Under the pieces are notes generated by a model. The model made no database searches and had not been told where the DNA came from. It saw only the letters and a list, made by a program, of their open reading frames with translations. DNA of 64,000 nucleotides, taken from Alphaproteobacteria bacterium. GTDB taxonomy: Bacteria; Pseudomonadota; Alphaproteobacteria; GCA-2731375. This document shows, one piece after another, positions 59,784 to 64,000 of this stretch. The stretch is taken from the NCBI GenBank assembly GCA_965232515.1, contig CBDDPY010000002.1:5664001-5728000 (forward strand). Reading direction: 5' to 3'. The position numbers and the translations under genes are program-made. Every line of letters begins with the position of its first letter. The stretch's first letter is position 1.

Positions 59784-59806
59784 ATAGGACTCCTATTTAT
59801 ATAAAT
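59784..59806. promoter_or_regulatory. Palindromic operator(s) immediately upstream of marR
   Basis: ATAGGA-C-TCCTAT overlaps ATTTAT-ATAAAT, ending 3 bp before the ATG. Confidence 0.55.
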
Positions 59807-59809
59807 CGC

Positions 59810-60451
59810 ATGACCAATTCGAACGATCATCCCGGCGAACAGATCGCCACCGGCATCGCCAGGCTCGGACAGTACATCCGCACCGAAAGCTGGCGCAGCG
59901 GCCAGGATCTCGGGCTCACGCCGACCCAGATGCGCATTTTGCGCGAGCTGGCCGCGCACGGGCCCATGCGGGTCGGCGCACTGGCCAAGGCCGTCGGCGT
60001 CTCGCAACCCACCGCCACGGACGCCTTCGAGGCGCTGCGCCGCAAGGGCCTGGCCGAGAAGCGGCCCGATCCCAACGACGGCCGCGCCGTCGCGGCCACC
60101 ATCACGGCGGCCGGTCGGCGCCGGCTTTCGCGTGCGGGCGACCTGCCCGACGCCCTGCTGGACGCCATTGCCGAGGTCGACGACGCCGACCGTGGCGCAT
60201 TCGCGCGCGGCCTGACAACGATCGTTCGCGCGCTGCAACGCCGTGAGGCGATCCCGGTTCAGCGCATGTGCGTCACCTGCCGCTACTTCCGACCACACGC
60301 GCATGACGATCCCGCCGCACCGCATCACTGCGCCTTCGTGGACGCCGCCTTTGGCGATGCCCAGTTGCGGCTCGATTGCGGCGAGCACGTTGAGGCCGAT
60401 ACCGCCGACAGGGAACGGAACTGGAGGCGGTTTTCCGAACCGGCCGAATAG
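59810..60451 (+). CDS. MarR family regulator with a C-terminal Cys/His cluster
   Basis: GLTPTQ..IL, wHTH, D..DGR; then CVTCRYF...HHC...DC.EH. Confidence 0.85.
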   Translation: MTNSNDHPGEQIATGIARLGQYIRTESWRSGQDLGLTPTQMRILRELAAHGPMRVGALAKAVGVSQPTATDAFEALRRKGLAEKRPDPNDGRAVAATITAAGRRRLSRAGDLPDALLDAIAEVDDADRGAFARGLTTIVRALQRREAIPVQRMCVTCRYFRPHAHDDPAAPHHCAFVDAAFGDAQLRLDCGEHVEADTADRERNWRRFSEPAE

Positions 60452-60529
60452 GCGAGCGCCTCGCTCGCGGCCACGAACGAGGCGCTCTTGTTGTCACTCT
60501 CTCTTCGCAAAGAAAGGACGAAACGCATC

Positions 60530-61318
60530 ATGTCACAGAGAAACAATTTCGACCAAGTTGGCAACCGTCCATTGCGGCGGCTGTCGATCGTCGCGGCGCT
60601 CGCAGCCGGTCTCGTATTGCCGGCGGTCGCGCATGACGGCAAGACGCATACCGGCGGCATCCAGGCCGAAAGCGGTAACGCGGCGCTGGCGCCGTTCGAC
60701 GTGATCCACGCCAAGATCTCGACCGAGGGCAATGCCGCCATCTTCCATATGGCCGTCAGCGGGCAGGCCGGCGAGACCAAGCCGACGCCGGTCGGCAAGG
60801 TCGCCAATTCCGACGTCTTCGCCTATGTCTGGCCCACCAGCATTGACCCTTCCGAAGTCGGATTCGAGCCCAAGGCCGGCATCCTGGCGCTCGCCGTCAC
60901 GTCGCATCCCGATTTCGACGACACGCCGCTCTTCGACGAGAACGGCGACGGCGATCTTGGGAACGACGGCGACCTCTGGCACAGCCACTGGGTTGTGTTA
61001 GGACCGGACGCCGCCTGCGGCCCGGGCGCGCTCAAGGTCATCGACATTCCGGAAGGCGCGACGCCCCGCCTGCCGAAGACCTGGCCCGGCTTGCCGCTGC
61101 TGATCGACAGCCCCGGCTGGAGCCCCGTGTTCGACGGCGACACGGTCGAGGTCCGGGTGCCCTTCGACAACATCGCCGTCGTCACCGACGCCTCTTTCGA
61201 CGGCGTCACCTCGGGCCTGCGCGTCAACGCCAACATCCACGCGCCGCTGTTGTGCGTGGTCGATGTGTTCGACGTCGCCTCGGGCGATCTCAGCCTGCCC
61301 GGGAAGGTCAATCACTAA
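60530..61318 (+). CDS. Conserved secreted hypothetical protein
   Basis: RBS AAAGGA; signal peptide ending AVA-H; HPDFDDTP and WHSHWVVL motifs. Confidence 0.7.
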   Translation: MSQRNNFDQVGNRPLRRLSIVAALAAGLVLPAVAHDGKTHTGGIQAESGNAALAPFDVIHAKISTEGNAAIFHMAVSGQAGETKPTPVGKVANSDVFAYVWPTSIDPSEVGFEPKAGILALAVTSHPDFDDTPLFDENGDGDLGNDGDLWHSHWVVLGPDAACGPGALKVIDIPEGATPRLPKTWPGLPLLIDSPGWSPVFDGDTVEVRVPFDNIAVVTDASFDGVTSGLRVNANIHAPLLCVVDVFDVASGDLSLPGKVNH

Positions 61319-61374
61319 CGAATGGACAAGGCCGGCGGCGCGCCAAAGCCGCCGGCCGGCAATGGAGAGAAACG

Positions 61375-61602
61375 ATGCAAACCTGGCTGCCGAGCCTGCG
61401 GACAGAAAACCCCGAACAGGGCTACGAACTCGCCATCAAGCTCGCCCGCGTGGCCGTTAAGAAGATGCAACCCGACGACGACGTCAGGGCCGCGCTGCGG
61501 CAAGATTATGCCAACAACGCCGACAGCCTGACCGCCGCCAGTCACGTCGTCGCGACTCACTTCCAGACGGTCGCGGCCGCGAACGACTATTGGCGGGAGT
61601 AG
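61375..61602 (+). CDS. Hexameric tyrosine-coordinated heme protein (HTHP)
   Basis: TWLPSL...G.ELAIKLAR.AVKK.QPD...Y...VVATHFQT.AAANDYW matches Ruegeria HTHP as recalled. Confidence 0.85.
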   Translation: MQTWLPSLRTENPEQGYELAIKLARVAVKKMQPDDDVRAALRQDYANNADSLTAASHVVATHFQTVAAANDYWRE

Positions 61603-61617
61603 CAACAGGGCAGGGAC

Positions 61618-62343
61618 ATGAAAACCGCTGTAGCCATCCGCCATGTCGGCTTCGAGGACCTCGGCGGCTTTGCGGGGCCGCTGGCGTCAGGCGGTTTCGA
61701 CGTCAGGTACATCGACGCCGGCGAGTACGATCTGACGGCATTGGCGCCGGCCGAGGACGACCTGGTTGTCGTCCTCGGCGGCCCGATCGGCGCCTACGAA
61801 GAGGCGGCGTATCCGTTCCTTAAGCACGAGCTCGGCTTCGTCGATCGGCGCCTGGCGATCGGCCGGCCGATCATGGGCATTTGCCTCGGCGCCCAGCTCA
61901 TCGCCCGCGCCGCCGGCGCCCGTGTCTATCCGAGCGGCGGCAAGGAGATCGGCTTCGGTCCCATCGACCTGACCGAGGCCGGTCATCAGAGCTGCCTCGC
62001 GCCGTTTGCCGCGGCGCCGACCACACTGCATTGGCACGGCGATACCTTCGATCTACCGTCGGGCGCGGTGCGCCTCGCCTCGACCGATCTCTGCGAAAAC
62101 CAGGCCTTCGCCATCGGCGCCAACGTCATCGGCTTTCAGTTCCATCCCGAGGCAACGGGCCGGGACATCGAACGCTGGCTGATCGGCCACGCTGTCGAGC
62201 TCGCTACCGCCGGCATCGACGTCCCGCAAGTGCGGCGCGACGCGACGACGTATGGCGATGAGCTGACGCGAAAGGCCTCCGACGTCGTCTCGGGCTGGCT
62301 CGCTCAGCTCGAGGACGTCAGGTCAGCGTCCGCAGGCGGATGA
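61618..62343 (+). CDS. Class I glutamine amidotransferase
   Basis: LGGP, GICLGAQL, WHGDTF, QFHPE. Confidence 0.9.
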   Translation: MKTAVAIRHVGFEDLGGFAGPLASGGFDVRYIDAGEYDLTALAPAEDDLVVVLGGPIGAYEEAAYPFLKHELGFVDRRLAIGRPIMGICLGAQLIARAAGARVYPSGGKEIGFGPIDLTEAGHQSCLAPFAAAPTTLHWHGDTFDLPSGAVRLASTDLCENQAFAIGANVIGFQFHPEATGRDIERWLIGHAVELATAGIDVPQVRRDATTYGDELTRKASDVVSGWLAQLEDVRSASAGG

Positions 62344-62827
62344 GCGCGATGCGGTGAACTTGGTCGAGGGCCGCGCGGAACTCGGCCGCGGTGTCGTTGG
62401 CGACCCGTGCTTCCAGGGCCGCGAGGATCTGTTGGCGGTCGAGCCCGGCGACGGCGATGATGAACGGAAACCCGTGACGTTCGCGGTAGGCGCGGTTCAG
62501 GCGCTGGAAGGCCGCGAACTCTTCTTCCGTGCACTGGTCGAGCCCGGCGCCGCGCTGCTCGGCCTTGGACGCGTCGGCCATGTCGCCGGCCAGCCGCACC
62601 CGGTCGGCCAGCTCCGGATGCGCCCGCAACAGGGCAAGCTGTTTTTCCTCGCCGGCCGCTTCGACGATCCCTCGCATCAACCCGGCCAGCCCATCGACAT
62701 CGTCATGGGCCGCGCCGAGTGACTCGTAAGCGGCTTCGGCGATCCAAGGCGAATCTTCGTAGATGGCGCTGTACGTCGCGACGAAGGCGGCGCGGTCCAT
62801 ACTCGACGGTGAATTGCTTACGGTCAC
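62318..62827 (-). CDS. uraD: OHCU decarboxylase
   Basis: YEDSPW, LLRAHPELA, S..EQ..AGL, GFPFIIAV, IA.IRL; start may be 62800. Confidence 0.85.
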   Translation of the reverse strand: MTVSNSPSSMDRAAFVATYSAIYEDSPWIAEAAYESLGAAHDDVDGLAGLMRGIVEAAGEEKQLALLRAHPELADRVRLAGDMADASKAEQRGAGLDQCTEEEFAAFQRLNRAYRERHGFPFIIAVAGLDRQQILAALEARVANDTAAEFRAALDQVHRIALIRLRTLT

Positions 62828-62888
62828 GATGGCGCCAGCATACGCCGTCGCCATGGCCGGCGCCACGATCCGGCGTTACGATGGCCGC

Positions 62889-63371
62889 ATGAGCGGAGAC
62901 GACGACCACCAGGCCTATCTGCAACGGGCCATCGACCTGGCGCGGCGGCATATGGACGCCGGCGCGGGCGGTCCGTTCGGCGCCGTCATCGTGCGCGACG
63001 GCCAGGTGCTGGGCGAGGGCTGGAACGTCGTCACCTCGGCGAACGATCCAACCGGCCATGCCGAGGTGCAGGCGATTCGCGCCGCCTGCCGCGCGGTGGA
63101 CGACTTCCAGCTCAAGGGCGCGGTGCTCTACACCAGTTGCGAGCCGTGCCCGATGTGCCTCGCCGCCGCGTACTGGGCCCGCATCGACCGTATCTACTAC
63201 GCCAACACGCGGGCGGAGGCGGCGGCAATCGGCTTCGACGACGCCTTCATCTACGACGAGGTGCCGCTGGCGCCTGATGCCCGCAGCCTGCCCGCCATCG
63301 CGCTGCCCAGCGTCGCCGGCCGCGACCTGTTCGCCGCCTGGGACGCCAAGGAAGACAAGATCCCCTATTAG
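62889..63371 (+). CDS. Nucleoside/guanine deaminase (GuaD-like, CDA fold)
   Basis: GGPFGAVIV, HAEV, CEPCPMC, IGFDD.FIY. Confidence 0.85.
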   Translation: MSGDDDHQAYLQRAIDLARRHMDAGAGGPFGAVIVRDGQVLGEGWNVVTSANDPTGHAEVQAIRAACRAVDDFQLKGAVLYTSCEPCPMCLAAAYWARIDRIYYANTRAEAAAIGFDDAFIYDEVPLAPDARSLPAIALPSVAGRDLFAAWDAKEDKIPY

Positions 63372-63397
63372 CCGATGCCGTCCAGCCCTTCCCAGCT

Positions 63398-63482
63398 GTC
63401 ATGCTGGCGCAGGCCAGCATCCAGCGGCCGCGCAACCTGTTAAGGCGAAACAAACCTGAATCCTGGCCTGCGCCAGGATGAC
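63398..63482. repeat. Alphaproteobacterial REP-like inverted doublet
   Basis: GTCATGCTGGCGCAGGCCAGCATCCA (63398-63423) and the inverted copy TGAATCCTGGCCTGCGCCAGGATGAC (63457-63482). Confidence 0.65.
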
Positions 63483-63544
63483 GGGGGTGGCTGCAGGCGC
63501 GCATCCGTATTGCGTCAGCCCGGCCGCTGCGCTTTGTTAGCGGC

Positions 63545-64000
63545 ATGGAAACGGTGCTCTACGAATGGCTCAGCCTGCTCCTGCGCTGGGCGCATTTCGC
63601 CATCGGCGTCGCCTGGATCGGCACGTCGTTCTTCTTCGTCTGGCTCGATCTCAGCCTGAAACCGAACGGCCGCGACGGCGTCAAGGGCGAGAGCTGGATG
63701 GTGCATGGCGGCGGCTTCTACCACGCGCAGAAATACATGGTGGCGCCGGAACGCCTGCCCGAGCCGCTGCACTGGTTCAAATACGAGGCCTATGGCACCT
63801 GGATCACCGGCATGCTGCTGCTGTTCGTGATCTATTACTGGCAGGCGGACGCCTTCCTGCTCGATCCCGAGAAGGCCGATATCGGCGTGCCGGCCGGCAT
63901 CGCCATCAGCCTGATCGCGATCCTCGGCGGCTTCGCCGTTTACCACCTGCTCTGCAAGTCGCCGCTGCGCCACCGCACCGGCCTGTTGGCGTTCCTCGTG
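63545..64000 (+). CDS. puuD: Urate hydroxylase PuuD, 3'-truncated by the window edge
   Basis: Hand translation: METVLYEWLSLLLRWAHFAIGVAWIGTSFFFVWLD...WMVHGGGFYH...LHWFKYEAYGTW. Confidence 0.85.
   Translation, partial: METVLYEWLSLLLRWAHFAIGVAWIGTSFFFVWLDLSLKPNGRDGVKGESWMVHGGGFYHAQKYMVAPERLPEPLHWFKYEAYGTWITGMLLLFVIYYWQADAFLLDPEKADIGVPAGIAISLIAILGGFAVYHLLCKSPLRHRTGLLAFLV

Noticed and set aside
13086-63973. Many long antisense or alternative-frame ORFs (e.g. 13086-14582, 26080-28773, 36551-38539, 63515-63973)
   Set aside because: These are shadows of well-supported genes, expected in high-GC DNA; many are Arg/Ala/Pro-rich.

Overview
This window looks like a GC-rich, probably marine alphaproteobacterial chromosome. 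(1) 1-13120 is the right end of a lower-GC integrative mobilizable island that ends at a tRNA-fMet 3' remnant. It carries mobC-relaxase, a MOBP-type oriT, a Fic protein, a four-gene TM0106 nuclease-Sir2-HerA-KTSC defence operon, a TcA-C-terminus-like protein and gene remnants. (2) 14.7-27.3 kb is the most unusual locus. An unannotated 55-aa twin-arginine peptide ending in Ser is flanked by a PqqD/RRE protein, an HprK-like kinase, a nucleotidyltransferase, several glycosyltransferases, a sulfotransferase and GDP-mannose 3,5-epimerase. It is a candidate RiPP-like phospho-glycopeptide system with no lasso cyclase or peptidase. (3) 27.3-46.2 kb holds a permuted V/A-type ATPase operon, a porin, the arginine deiminase pathway and a divergent phosphoketolase. 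(4) 46.2-64 kb holds LysR-dmdA-BCCT (DMSP use), a Dpp-type ABC transporter with two M20 hydrolases, a MarR-HTHP cluster and purine catabolism genes. Family calls come from recalled motifs, not database searches. Starts were often moved from the ORF track to the more plausible codon.
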